This document shows positions 53,621 to 62,833 of a stretch of DNA of 64,000 bases, one piece after another (the stretch's first letter is position 1; every line of letters begins with the position of its first letter). Made by a program: the position numbers and the translations under genes. The notes beneath the pieces are model-generated. The model did not search any database. It saw only the letters and a program-made list of their open reading frames with translations, and was not told where the DNA came from. The DNA comes from Alphaproteobacteria bacterium (GTDB lineage Bacteria > Pseudomonadota > Alphaproteobacteria > UBA6615): positions 3,558,064 through 3,622,063 of the forward strand of contig OZ253937.1 of assembly GCA_965267185.1 (NCBI GenBank), in the 5' to 3' direction.

Positions 53621-53660
53621 AAAAAAAAGTGGGCGGCCAGTAGGCCGCCCGTTTTTGTTT
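53621..53660. terminator. Bidirectional Rho-independent terminator
   Basis: A8-GGGCGGCC-agta-GGCCGCCC-GTTTTTGTTT between convergent genes. Confidence 0.7.
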
Positions 53661-53694
53661 CTAGGTTCTTGTTTTTACCAGACCGGCCGAAGCG

Positions 53695-55341
53695 TTATTC
53701 GGCTGCCGCCTCCGCGTTCGCTAATTCGTTGGCTTGCTCGCGCAGTACGAATTTCTGAATTTTGCCGGTCGACGTTTTGGGTAAAGCGCCGAAAACGATG
53801 TGACGCGGGCATTTGTAGTGAGCCAAGTGATCGCGGCAATGCTGGATTAGATCGTCCTCGGTCGCATTGGCATCGGGCGCCAGCTCGATGAATGCGCATG
53901 GCGTTTCGCCCCACTTTTCATCCGGCCGCGCGACCACCGCCGCGGCCGATACGGCGGGGTGTTTGTACAACGCGTCTTCCACCTCGATCGACGAAATATT
54001 TTCCCCGCCCGAGATGATGATATCCTTCGAGCGGTCCTTGAGCTCGATGTAGTTGTCCGGGTGCCATACGCCGAGATCGCCGGTATGGAACCAGCCGCCG
54101 GCAAAGGCGTCATCGGTGGCCTGGGGGTTTTTCAAGTAGCCCTTCATCGTGACATTGCCGCGGGTAAACACTTCGCCCATGGTCTCGCCATCTCGCGGGA
54201 CCGGGGCCAATGTTTGCGGATCGCCCACCATGACGTCTTCGAGCACTTCGTAGGGCACGCCCTGGCGCGATTGTAGCTGTGCCTGCTCGTCGGCTGGCAG
54301 ATCGTCCCATTCGTCTTGCCAGGCACAGATAATTGCCGGGCCGTAGATCTCGGTCAGACCGTAAACATGGGTCACCCGGATCCCCTGTTCGGCCATCCGC
54401 GCGAGAACGGCGGCCGGCGGCGGCGCGGCTGCCGTCATGAATTCGACGTCTTGGTCGAATGCTTGCCGGTCTTCCTCGCCGGCGTTGACGATCATCTGCA
54501 TGACGATCGGTGCGCCGCACAGGTGGGTAACGCCGTGGTCCGCAAAGGCGGCATAGATCGTCTTCGCTTCTACCCGCCGCAGGCAAACATTGATGCCGGC
54601 CACCAAGGCAGTACCCCAGGTGAAGCACCAGCCATTGCAGTGGAACATCGGCAGCGTCCACAGATAAACCGGTTGGCCGGTGGCGCCCCAGGTGAAAACG
54701 TTGCCCATGGCGTTCAGGTAGGCACCGCGATGATGATAGACGACGCCCTTCGGGTTGCCGGTGGTGCCGGACGTGTAGTTCAAGGCAATAGCCCGCCACT
54801 CGTCGTCGGGCAGCTCCCAATCGAACGCAGCGTCGCCGCCGGCAATGAAGGTCTCGTAGTCGGTTTCGCCGAGCTGCTCGCCACCTGGTCCTTCGGAATC
54901 GCAGATGTCGATGACGAGCGGTTTGTTTTTCACCAGACCGAGAGCTTCCTTGATGACCGGTGCAAACTCGGTATCGGTCAGCAAAATTTTGGCTTCGCCA
55001 TGGTCGAGAATGAAGGCGATGGTTGCGGCGTCCAAGCGGGTGTTGAGAGCGTTGATGACGCCGCCGGTCATCGGGATGCCGAAATGGGCCTCCAGCATTT
55101 CGGGGATGTTGGGTGCCATGACGGCCACGCAGTCGCCAATGCCGATACCGCGCTGCGACAGTGCCGAGGCAAGCTGTTTCGTGCGGGCGTAGGTCTCGGC
55201 CCAATTGCGCCGGATCTTGCCGTGTATGACCGCGGGGCGGTTCGGATAAGTCGCGGCGGTTCGCCGGATGAAGCTGAGCGGCGACAGCGGCGTGTAGTTC
55301 GCCGCGTTCTTATCCAGGTTGGTTTCATAGGGGTTTGTCAT
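53695..55341 (-). CDS. Acyl-CoA synthetase (AMP-forming), medium-chain/aryl acid type
   Basis: 548 aa; AMP-binding motif YTSGTTGNPKGV, ..GYGLTE.., C-terminal ..PKTSTGKIQKF. Confidence 0.85.
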   Translation of the reverse strand: MTNPYETNLDKNAANYTPLSPLSFIRRTAATYPNRPAVIHGKIRRNWAETYARTKQLASALSQRGIGIGDCVAVMAPNIPEMLEAHFGIPMTGGVINALNTRLDAATIAFILDHGEAKILLTDTEFAPVIKEALGLVKNKPLVIDICDSEGPGGEQLGETDYETFIAGGDAAFDWELPDDEWRAIALNYTSGTTGNPKGVVYHHRGAYLNAMGNVFTWGATGQPVYLWTLPMFHCNGWCFTWGTALVAGINVCLRRVEAKTIYAAFADHGVTHLCGAPIVMQMIVNAGEEDRQAFDQDVEFMTAAAPPPAAVLARMAEQGIRVTHVYGLTEIYGPAIICAWQDEWDDLPADEQAQLQSRQGVPYEVLEDVMVGDPQTLAPVPRDGETMGEVFTRGNVTMKGYLKNPQATDDAFAGGWFHTGDLGVWHPDNYIELKDRSKDIIISGGENISSIEVEDALYKHPAVSAAAVVARPDEKWGETPCAFIELAPDANATEDDLIQHCRDHLAHYKCPRHIVFGALPKTSTGKIQKFVLREQANELANAEAAAE

Positions 55342-55384
55342 CTGCCTCTTCCCGCCTCTAGGTCACTACGCCCGGTGAACACGG

Positions 55385-55582
55385 TTATTTTTTGAACAGT
55401 GAATCTGCATCGCCCCGTATCGCTTCGCGGTTTCGAATTTCGGCTTCGGTGCGCAAGATTTCCTGTTTTGCGTGCTCGATATATTCCTTCATTTCCTCGA
55501 TGGATAGGGCTTCGATGTTTAGCGGCTCAAATCCTTTTTTGGTCGCGGGGTGTTGTGGTTCGAGATCGTCTTCAAAGCTCAT
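55385..55582 (-). CDS. DUF1192-family small protein
   Basis: 65 aa; ..LEPLNIEALSIEEMKEYIEHAKQEILRTEAEI.. pattern. Confidence 0.5.
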   Translation of the reverse strand: MSFEDDLEPQHPATKKGFEPLNIEALSIEEMKEYIEHAKQEILRTEAEIRNREAIRGDADSLFKK

Positions 55583-55708
55583 CCTTGCCGCTCCAAAGCT
55601 GATAGTAGCGTTGCCGTTGTGCCTAAAGTTTGACCTGCCTAAAGTGCGCCCGCAAGGCCCTAGATGTTGTTCTGGAGGCCGCCGATCGGAATTCCGGGAG
55701 TATGTGAG

Positions 55709-56710
55709 ATGAGCCTGCCCGCGACAATGACTGCAGTCGAGATTACCGAGTCCGGAGGGCCGGAAGTGCTGCAGCCGGTTGAACGGCCCGTACCGGCGCC
55801 GGGGGCGAGTGAGATTTTAATCGCCGTCGCTGCGGCGGGGGTCAACCGGCCCGATGTTGTGCAGCGGCTCGGCCTTTATCCGCCGCCTCCCGGCGCGTCG
55901 GACCTGCCTGGTCTGGAGGTTGCAGGCACGGTTGCTACCGTGGGTGAAGGGGTGACGGGCTGGAGCGAAGGCGACGCCGTCTGCGCGTTGATCGCGGGGG
56001 GCGGCTATGCCGAGTATGCGGTCGCCCCGGCGCCCCAAGTTCTGCCGGTGCCGGGTGGCCTCGATATGGTTCAGGCAGCCGGTGTTCCCGAGACCTTTTT
56101 CACCGTTTGGACCAATGTCTTCGACCGCGGCCGCTTGGCGGCCGGGGAATCGATTTTAATCCATGGCGGTTCGAGCGGCATCGGTACCACCGCTATCCAG
56201 CTGGCGCGCGAGTTCGGCGCGACGGTCTATGTCACCGTCGGCAGTTCCGAAAAAGCGGCATTTTGCGAGAAACTCGGCGCGGCCAAAGCAATCAACTACC
56301 GCGACCAGGATTTTGTCGACGAGATCAAATCGCTCACCGGCGGTGCCGGGGTCGACGTTATTCTCGATATGGTCGGCGGCGATTATTTGCCGCGCAACAT
56401 CCGCGCGCTGAAGGAAGATGGCCGGCTTTTGCAGATTGCCTTGATGGCGGGGCGCGAGGGTGAGTTGGACCTTGGCCGGCTGATGACCCGTCGGTTGACG
56501 GTGACCGGGTCGACCTTGCGGCCGCGCCCGGTGGAAGTAAAAGGCGACATCGCCGGATCGCTGCGCGAGCAAGTCTGGCCCTTGTTCGAAGCGGGAAAAA
56601 TCAGCCCGGTGATCCACAAGACATTCCCGCTCAGCGAGGCGTCGAGCGCCCATGAGCTTATGGAATCGAGCGCCCATATCGGTAAAATCATTCTGAGCGT
56701 CGCCGAGTAA
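55709..56710 (+). CDS. qor: NADPH:quinone oxidoreductase (MDR family, Qor-like)
   Basis: 333 aa; GGSSGIGTTAIQLAR Rossmann motif; GGGAG RBS. Confidence 0.85.
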   Translation: MSLPATMTAVEITESGGPEVLQPVERPVPAPGASEILIAVAAAGVNRPDVVQRLGLYPPPPGASDLPGLEVAGTVATVGEGVTGWSEGDAVCALIAGGGYAEYAVAPAPQVLPVPGGLDMVQAAGVPETFFTVWTNVFDRGRLAAGESILIHGGSSGIGTTAIQLAREFGATVYVTVGSSEKAAFCEKLGAAKAINYRDQDFVDEIKSLTGGAGVDVILDMVGGDYLPRNIRALKEDGRLLQIALMAGREGELDLGRLMTRRLTVTGSTLRPRPVEVKGDIAGSLREQVWPLFEAGKISPVIHKTFPLSEASSAHELMESSAHIGKIILSVAE

Positions 56711-56829
56711 CTTTGCATTTACCATACGCCAAGCCTATATAAGGTTCAGCTATAATACCTTGAAATATAACCGGCACTTCGGTCGACGTGGCGCAGTTGA
56801 ACACCACCGGGGTGCAGCAAGGAGATTCG

Positions 56830-57486
56830 ATGGTAGAACCATTGATGCCGAAAGGGACCGCCATTTGGCTGGTCGAGAACACCGCTTTGACGTTCGATCA
56901 GATCGCCGAATTTTGCGGCATGCATAAGCTCGAAATTCAGGGCATCGCGGACGGTGAGGTGGGTATTGGCATGCTCGGCCTCGATCCGGTTGCCAACGGT
57001 CAGCTCGATTGGGAAGAGATCGAGCGCTGTGCGGGCGATCCTTCGGCCCGCCTGAAGCTGAAGGCGACCGAGAACCCGGCGCCGGTGAAGCGGACCAAGG
57101 GCCCGCGCTACGTACCGCTGTCGAAGCGTCAGGATAAGCCCGATGGTATCGCCTATCTGTTGCGCTACTACCCGGAACTCAGCGATGCTCAGATTTCCAA
57201 GCTGATCGGCACAACGAAGCCGACGATCAATGCGATCCGCGACCGGACCCATTGGAATTCGTCGCAGATTCAGCCGCGTGATCCGGTGACCATCGGGTTG
57301 TGCCGGCAGATGGACCTGGACGAGGCGATCGAAAAGGCCCGTAAGGCGGGGCGTAAGCCGGCGGAGAACCAGTCCGCGCCGATCAGCGCCGATCTGATCC
57401 CCCAGGAGGAGCCGGCGGTGCCGAGCCGGATCCCCGACTGGATGGCCGATGTACGGATCGGCGGTTCTGGGGGAAACGACACCTAA
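56830..57486 (+). CDS. DUF1013-family protein (TrcR-like cell-cycle transcriptional regulator family)
   Basis: 218 aa; MPKGTAIWLVENTALTFDQIAEFCGMH... N-terminal region typical of DUF1013; AAGGAG RBS. Confidence 0.6.
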   Translation: MVEPLMPKGTAIWLVENTALTFDQIAEFCGMHKLEIQGIADGEVGIGMLGLDPVANGQLDWEEIERCAGDPSARLKLKATENPAPVKRTKGPRYVPLSKRQDKPDGIAYLLRYYPELSDAQISKLIGTTKPTINAIRDRTHWNSSQIQPRDPVTIGLCRQMDLDEAIEKARKAGRKPAENQSAPISADLIPQEEPAVPSRIPDWMADVRIGGSGGNDT

Positions 57487-57513
57487 AACCGCCATTTCGG
57501 CGCTATTTTCAAG

Positions 57514-57546
57514 ACGGGTCCGGCGCGTTCGGGCCCGTTTTTGTAT
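57514..57546 (+). terminator. Terminator-like hairpin after the DUF1013 gene
   Basis: ACGGGUCC-9nt loop-GGGCCCGU (8 bp, one G.U) followed by UUUUUGUAUGUUU. Confidence 0.45.
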
Positions 57547-57549
57547 GTT

Positions 57550-57700
57550 TCGGTAACGGTTCGTTAACTAATTTAGCCGACATTAGATCCCGATGGTTCT
57601 TGTATGAACCCATCGATTGGATCCCCCCTAGATCCTCTCTTGATGCCTCCCTGTTGACTCTGCCGCTCCGAAGGCTCCCCTTTCGGAGCGGTTTTTTCTT
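57550..57700 (+). ncRNA. Candidate small RNA or cis-regulatory leader: long imperfect hairpin, CU-rich single-stranded region, strong intrinsic terminator
   Basis: Hairpin GAUCCCGAUGG..CCAUCGAUUGGAUC (57588-57625); CCUCUCUUGAUGCCUCCCUG stretch; terminator CCGCUCCGAA-ggcuccccu-UUCGGAGCGG-UUUUUUCUUU (57663-57701); ~125 nt before the metY ATG. Confidence 0.35.
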
Positions 57701-57824
57701 TGTGCCAATGCGTCGTCTGGCCGGTTCAAGGCGCGCAGCAGATGGGCTATGGTCCGCCGCACCGCCGCTCGGGCGCTAACACAGCCGCTCGTGCGTCGAT
57801 CCCTCTTTCGGCAGGACCGGCACG

Positions 57825-59129
57825 ATGGTCGAAGCAAAATTTCTCAAATTTGACACCCTGAGCTTGCACGCGGGCCAGCACCCCGATCCGGTGACGGGCG
57901 CCCGCGCGGCGCCGATCTACCAGACGACGTCATATGTGTTCCCCGATGTGGACCACGCGGCCAGCCTGTTCAATCTTGAACGCGCTGGACACATCTACTC
58001 GCGCATTTCCAACCCCACGGTCGCGGTATTCGAGGAGCGCGTGGCCGCGTTGGAGGGCGGGGTCGGCGCGATCGCCACTGCCAGCGGCCAAGCGGCCCTC
58101 ACGCTTGCGGTAATCACGCTGATGGGTGCCGGTGGCCATATCGTCACGTCGCGCAATATATATGGCGGCAGCCACAATATGTTTCTCCACACGCTGCCCC
58201 GGTTCGGGATCACGGCCACCTTGGTCGATCCCCGCCATCCCCAGGAATTTGCCGATGCTATCCGGCCGGAGACCCGGCTGGTGTTTGCCGAGACGATCGG
58301 TAATCCCGGGCTTGAGATTTTGGATATCCCGGCGGTCTCGCAAATCGCCCACGATGCCGGGATACCCCTGATGGTCGATTCGACCTTCACCACGCCCTAT
58401 CTGATGCGGCCGTTCGAACACGGGGCTGACCTCATTATGCACTCGGCCACCAAATGGATCGGCGGCCATGGTGTCGCGATCGGCGGCGTGCTGGTCGATA
58501 GCGGCGCGTTCGATTGGGAAGCATCCGGCAAGTACCCAACGATGACGGAGCCCTATGCGGGCTATCACGGGCTCGATTTCGCCGAAGAGTTCGGACCCGC
58601 CGCCTTCATCATGCGCGCGCGCGCCGAGGGGCTGCGCGATTTTGGCGCCTGCATGTCGCCGCAGAACGCATTTTATCTGACGCAAGGGTTGGAAACCCTG
58701 CCGATGCGCATGGCGCGGCATGTCGACAATGCCCGGACCATCGCCGGTTACCTGAGCGAGGCGAAAGAAGTCGCTTGGGTGCGCTACCCGGAGCTTGAGA
58801 GCCACCCGGACCAGGCGTTGGCACAGAAGCTATTGCCCGATGGCGCCGGTTCGATTGTGACGTTCGGGATCAATGCCGGCCCCGCGGGCGCGCGCCAATC
58901 CGGAGCAAAATTTATCGAGGCCCTCGAGCTGTTCTCCCATTTGGCCAATGTGGGCGACGCCAAATCGCTGGTTATCCATCCGGCCAGTACGACCCATCAG
59001 CAAATGGATGCCGAAGAGCTGGCGACAGCGGGTGTCGGCGAGGAGATGATCCGGCTTTCGGTCGGCTTGGAAGATCCAGGCGATCTGATCGCCGACTTGC
59101 GCCAAGCGCTCCGCGCGTCGCAGAAGTAG
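57825..59129 (+). CDS. metY: O-acetylhomoserine aminocarboxypropyltransferase / sulfhydrylase
   Basis: 434 aa PLP-dependent Cys/Met metabolism family; ..YSRISNPT.., PLP-Lys region SATKWIGGHG. Confidence 0.9.
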   Translation: MVEAKFLKFDTLSLHAGQHPDPVTGARAAPIYQTTSYVFPDVDHAASLFNLERAGHIYSRISNPTVAVFEERVAALEGGVGAIATASGQAALTLAVITLMGAGGHIVTSRNIYGGSHNMFLHTLPRFGITATLVDPRHPQEFADAIRPETRLVFAETIGNPGLEILDIPAVSQIAHDAGIPLMVDSTFTTPYLMRPFEHGADLIMHSATKWIGGHGVAIGGVLVDSGAFDWEASGKYPTMTEPYAGYHGLDFAEEFGPAAFIMRARAEGLRDFGACMSPQNAFYLTQGLETLPMRMARHVDNARTIAGYLSEAKEVAWVRYPELESHPDQALAQKLLPDGAGSIVTFGINAGPAGARQSGAKFIEALELFSHLANVGDAKSLVIHPASTTHQQMDAEELATAGVGEEMIRLSVGLEDPGDLIADLRQALRASQK

Positions 59130-59141
59130 GAGACGCGTTCC

Positions 59142-59945
59142 ATGGATATCGATGTAAATGGCGCGGCGGTTTTCGCCCACACCGGCGGAAAGGCTTTCGA
59201 CCCGGCGCAACCCGTTTTGGTGCTGGTGCACGGTGCGGGGACCGACCACACATTTTGGGGATTGCAAACCCGGTACTTCGCCCATCATGGGTTCTCGGTG
59301 CTGGCCATCGACCTGCCCGGTCACGGTCGGTCGGACGGGCCGGCGCTCGACTCGATCGATGCATGCGCCGATTGGGTATGGCAGGTGCTTGATGCGGTCG
59401 GCGCGAAACAAGCCGCCCTGGCGGGCCACTCGATGGGCTCTTTAGTCGCGCTCTCCGCGGCGGCGAAGCAGCCGGAAAACACAAGCGCGCTGGTTCTTGT
59501 GGGCATCGCCGAACAGATCGCTGTCCACGAAGATCTGTTGGCCGCGGCGGAGCGCAACGATCCCCGGGCGTTCGACATGATTACCGACTGGGGATTCGGC
59601 AAACCCTCCCACCTGGGCGGCCATCAGGCGCCCGGGCTGTGGATGCAAGGCAGCGGTCTGGCATTGCTGCGTTCCAGCGAACCGGGTGTCTTGGGATGCG
59701 ATCTTGCCGCGTGCGACGCCTATCACGGCGCGGTCGAAGCGGCGGCGAAAATCACTTGTCCTGTCCTGCTATTGCTCGGTGCGGGCGATCGAATGACCCC
59801 GCCGCGCATGACCAAGGCGCTGGCCGAAGCCATGGCGCAGGTCGAGACGCAAATCCTGCCGGCGACGGGCCACATGGTGATGGTCGAGCGGCCGAACGAA
59901 ACGATCGACGCCATCGACGGTTTCTTGCAACGGGTTGCCGCATGA
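59142..59945 (+). CDS. Alpha/beta-fold hydrolase
   Basis: HGAG oxyanion region, GHSMGS nucleophile elbow, C-terminal His; 267 aa. Confidence 0.75.
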   Translation: MDIDVNGAAVFAHTGGKAFDPAQPVLVLVHGAGTDHTFWGLQTRYFAHHGFSVLAIDLPGHGRSDGPALDSIDACADWVWQVLDAVGAKQAALAGHSMGSLVALSAAAKQPENTSALVLVGIAEQIAVHEDLLAAAERNDPRAFDMITDWGFGKPSHLGGHQAPGLWMQGSGLALLRSSEPGVLGCDLAACDAYHGAVEAAAKITCPVLLLLGAGDRMTPPRMTKALAEAMAQVETQILPATGHMVMVERPNETIDAIDGFLQRVAA

Positions 59946-60385
59946 GCCGCGAGGGGAAGAGCGAGCGCCGCCAGAACTACCCGGAACTCGTTGAAATCCC
60001 AACCCGGTGGATGGACAACGACGTCTACGGCCACGTGAACAACGTGGTCTACTACTCCTATTTCGATACCGCGGTGAACGGGTTTCTCATGCGAGAGGCG
60101 GGGTTAGACTACCGCTCTTCGGATGCCGTAGGCGTGGTCGCCGAGACCGGGTGCAGCTTCCACGGCGAGATTGCGTTCCCCGACACCCTCGATGTCGGTA
60201 TCCGGGTGCGCCGGCTCGGCACATCGTCGGTGACCTACGAAATCGGGATTTTCCGCCAAGGGCATGAGGAGCCGGCTGCGACCGGCCATTTCGTCCACGT
60301 TTATGTGCGCCACGGCGAAATGACGCCGGTGCCGATCCCCGACAAGGCGCGTGCCGCTTTGGAAAAACTAGTGATGAACGATTAG
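59942..60385 (+). CDS. Acyl-CoA thioesterase (hotdog fold, 4HBT/YbgC-like)
   Basis: 147 aa; ..DNDVYGHVNNVVYYSYFD.. active-site region; ATGA overlap with the upstream gene. Confidence 0.75.
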   Translation: MSREGKSERRQNYPELVEIPTRWMDNDVYGHVNNVVYYSYFDTAVNGFLMREAGLDYRSSDAVGVVAETGCSFHGEIAFPDTLDVGIRVRRLGTSSVTYEIGIFRQGHEEPAATGHFVHVYVRHGEMTPVPIPDKARAALEKLVMND

Positions 60386-61530
60386 CCGTTCCACAACCGC
60401 TTCGAGGCGATTTCCGCCCCTTCGGCCAGTGACTTGAATTTCTCGACCGCGATCTTGGCGTCGACGGCGCCCATGCCGGCGAAGGTCGCGAAGCCGCAGT
60501 CGGCGCCAGCGATCACCCGCTCCCGGCCGACGACGTCGGCATATTGGCAAATCCGCTGGGCAACCAGTTCCGGGTGCTCGATATAGTTGGTCACGCTATC
60601 GATCACGCCGGGGATCAGGACCTTGTCGTCAGGCAGACCGCGCTCAGCAAAAACGTCCCACTCATGCGCGTGGCGGGGGTTCGACGATTCGATGAGTAAC
60701 CCCACGGGCTTGGCCTTCATCACCTCATCGTAGATCGCCGCTAGGGGGATATCGCAATGGTGGGGTCCCTCATAGTTGCCCCAGCAAATGTGCATGCGGA
60801 CCCGGTCGGCCGGAATGTTTTCGAGCGCGCTGTTCAGTGCCTCGATCTGCATTGCCGCGTGACCAAGGAACTCCTTTTCGCTTAGTTCGCGGAAGGCCGT
60901 ATGGCGGCCCATCGCCAGATCCGGGCAATCTATCTGCAGGATGAAGCCGGCCTCGACAATAGCTTCGTATTCCTCGCGCATAACGTCGGCCAGGGCTTGC
61001 AAATAGGCGTCGTCGGAGGGGTAGTGCTGGTTGTCTTGAAAGACCGTGATGACCCCCGGCGATGCGGCATTCATGAACACTTCGGTGGCGCCGGCATCGG
61101 CTACTGCGGACGACAGGTTTTCGATGTCGCGCGCCAGCGGCGCCCTGTCACGGATCGTCACCTCGCCGGTGCAACAGGGCCGGTTGAGCCGCCTGGTTCC
61201 CGCCGCCTTGGCTTGCTCGCGGCGGTATTCCGGGAAATTTGTCATGTCGTCGAAGCGGATCGAGGCGCTTTCACCGGAGAAACCATCGAGACGCTGTTGG
61301 ATATAAGTCGCGTAGCCGGTCTTCCCCATCTCGCCATCGTTGATGATGTCGAGGCCCCATTCGCGCTGTTTGGCGACGATATCGGCGACGGCCTCGCGTA
61401 CCGACTGCTCGAACTCGCTTTCGTCGTAGGGTTCGCTGAACTCGACCTTGTACAACAGCTCGGCGAGCGCCTCGGGCCGCGGCATGCTGCCCACATGAGT
61501 GGTCAATATCCGGTCGGTGCTGGTTTGCAT
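60382..61530 (-). CDS. Cobalamin-independent methionine synthase family protein (MetE C-terminal-domain-like)
   Basis: 382 aa; ..ILTTHVGSMPRP.., ..IQIDCPDL.., ..HICWGNYEG.. zinc/homocysteine-binding motifs of the MetE/UroD-like family. Confidence 0.75.
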   Translation of the reverse strand: MQTSTDRILTTHVGSMPRPEALAELLYKVEFSEPYDESEFEQSVREAVADIVAKQREWGLDIINDGEMGKTGYATYIQQRLDGFSGESASIRFDDMTNFPEYRREQAKAAGTRRLNRPCCTGEVTIRDRAPLARDIENLSSAVADAGATEVFMNAASPGVITVFQDNQHYPSDDAYLQALADVMREEYEAIVEAGFILQIDCPDLAMGRHTAFRELSEKEFLGHAAMQIEALNSALENIPADRVRMHICWGNYEGPHHCDIPLAAIYDEVMKAKPVGLLIESSNPRHAHEWDVFAERGLPDDKVLIPGVIDSVTNYIEHPELVAQRICQYADVVGRERVIAGADCGFATFAGMGAVDAKIAVEKFKSLAEGAEIASKRLWNG

Positions 61531-61595
61531 TTTCCTGTCCCCCAAAAACGCTGGCGCAGTTTAAATATCTCGCGCGGGAATGCCAGCACCGCATG

Positions 61596-61624
61596 AAAAA
61601 GGCCCGCCGGTAAACCGGCGGGCC
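61596..61624 (-). terminator. Rho-independent terminator after hsp20
   Basis: GGCCCGCCGG-uaaa-CCGGCGGGCC stem followed on the minus strand by UUUUU. Confidence 0.65.
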
Positions 61625-61650
61625 CATCCCACATACTACCTTAGCCTAGG

Positions 61651-62106
61651 TTAGGCGGCTTTCTGTTCGATCGTCTTCGTGGTCGCACCAGCGCCTTCAA
61701 TCGCGATCTTACGCGGCTTGAGGGCTTCCGGAACCTCGCGCTTGAGGTCGACCGTCAGAATACCGTTCTCCAAGTTGGCGGTTACCACGTTGACGTGGTC
61801 GGCCAGCGTGAACCGGCGCTCGAAGGCGCGGGTCGCAATCCCGCGATGGAGATACTTGGTGTCCTCGCCGTTTTGCGCGGCGTTACCCTTGATGAACAAT
61901 TCATTGTTCTTCTGGGTAATTTCCAAGTCGTCGTTGCCGAACCCGGCCACCGCCATGGTTATGCGGTAGTCTTCGTCGCCCAACTTCTCGATGTTGTAGG
62001 GCGGATAGGACGGCACTTCGGTATTGAACGCAGTATCGAACAACCGGTTCATACGGTCGAAACCGACAGTCGAACGAAACAGGGGGGATAGGTCATAGCT
62101 TCGCAT
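61651..62106 (-). CDS. Small heat-shock protein, Hsp20/alpha-crystallin family
   Basis: 151 aa from MRSYDLSPLF..; ACD domain with ..ILTVDLKRE..; GGAGGA RBS. Confidence 0.85.
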   Translation of the reverse strand: MRSYDLSPLFRSTVGFDRMNRLFDTAFNTEVPSYPPYNIEKLGDEDYRITMAVAGFGNDDLEITQKNNELFIKGNAAQNGEDTKYLHRGIATRAFERRFTLADHVNVVTANLENGILTVDLKREVPEALKPRKIAIEGAGATTKTIEQKAA

Positions 62107-62224
62107 TTCACTTGTCCTCCATAGTGAAGCAACAGAGTCGTCGGTGCGGTATTCACCACCATGGTCGAAACCCACCGGATTAGGTGCCTTTTGGGACCCG
62201 TATCGGCATCCCGGCACACTCCAC

Positions 62225-62255
62225 AAATGGGGATAGTAGGGTGGTATTTCAAGGG
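62225..62255 (-). promoter_or_regulatory. Sigma32 (RpoH)-type heat-shock promoter for hsp20
   Basis: Minus-strand CCCTTGAAA -N14- CCCCATTT, a near-perfect match to the RpoH consensus CTTGAA-N13-15-CCCCATnT; leaves a ~110-nt 5' UTR. Confidence 0.6.
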
Positions 62256-62346
62256 GTTATGGTTAACGGCAGGGAAATTTTCGGTTCTGATTCTTTCGAT
62301 TCTGAGGTATAATGGTCAACCCAAGGTGGAGACAGGAGGTGTCCAC

Positions 62347-62760
62347 ATGGCTTCAGGTAGTAACGCCCCTGCGTTTTTCGACAAAACGTACAACGAAGCG
62401 CTTGCGCTAACAGAAGAAGCGTACGCTTACATCGCCGAATTCCAGCGAGACGATCCCGATGCGGATACGCCGGTCGACGACTTGCGTATCCGTGGCGAGG
62501 CGTTTCGGCTGACCACCCGCTTGATGCAGGTGGTGGCGTGGCTGCTGACCCAGCGGGCGGTCCATGAGGGTGAGCTAAGCGCTGCTGAAGTGGCTGAAAG
62601 CGACGAACACCGGTTGGGTGCCAGAAGCGTCTGCCGCGATGGCAGCCAGCATCATCATCCGGCAATTCCGCCCGCCATGTCCGACATGCTCGATCGCAGC
62701 TTAAACCTCTATATCCGCGTCGAGCGATTGGACGAACTCATGCACCGCGGAATCCACTGA
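62347..62760 (+). CDS. DUF1465-family protein (RcdA-like adaptor family)
   Basis: 137 aa; ..FFDKTYNEALALTEEAYAYIAEF.. ; GGAGACAGGAGG RBS; divergent from hsp20. Confidence 0.55.
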   Translation: MASGSNAPAFFDKTYNEALALTEEAYAYIAEFQRDDPDADTPVDDLRIRGEAFRLTTRLMQVVAWLLTQRAVHEGELSAAEVAESDEHRLGARSVCRDGSQHHHPAIPPAMSDMLDRSLNLYIRVERLDELMHRGIH

Positions 62761-62833
62761 GGTTTCGCGCGCGCCAAACGACAGCGGGCGCGCCGCTCGG
62801 CACGCCCGTTAAACCCCGCAGACCTTAACCCGG

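Noticed and set aside
57487-57824. SAM-II riboswitch upstream of metY.
   Set aside because: I could not identify the characteristic pseudoknot and conserved segments by eye. It is reported instead as an unclassified structured element that needs a covariance-model scan.
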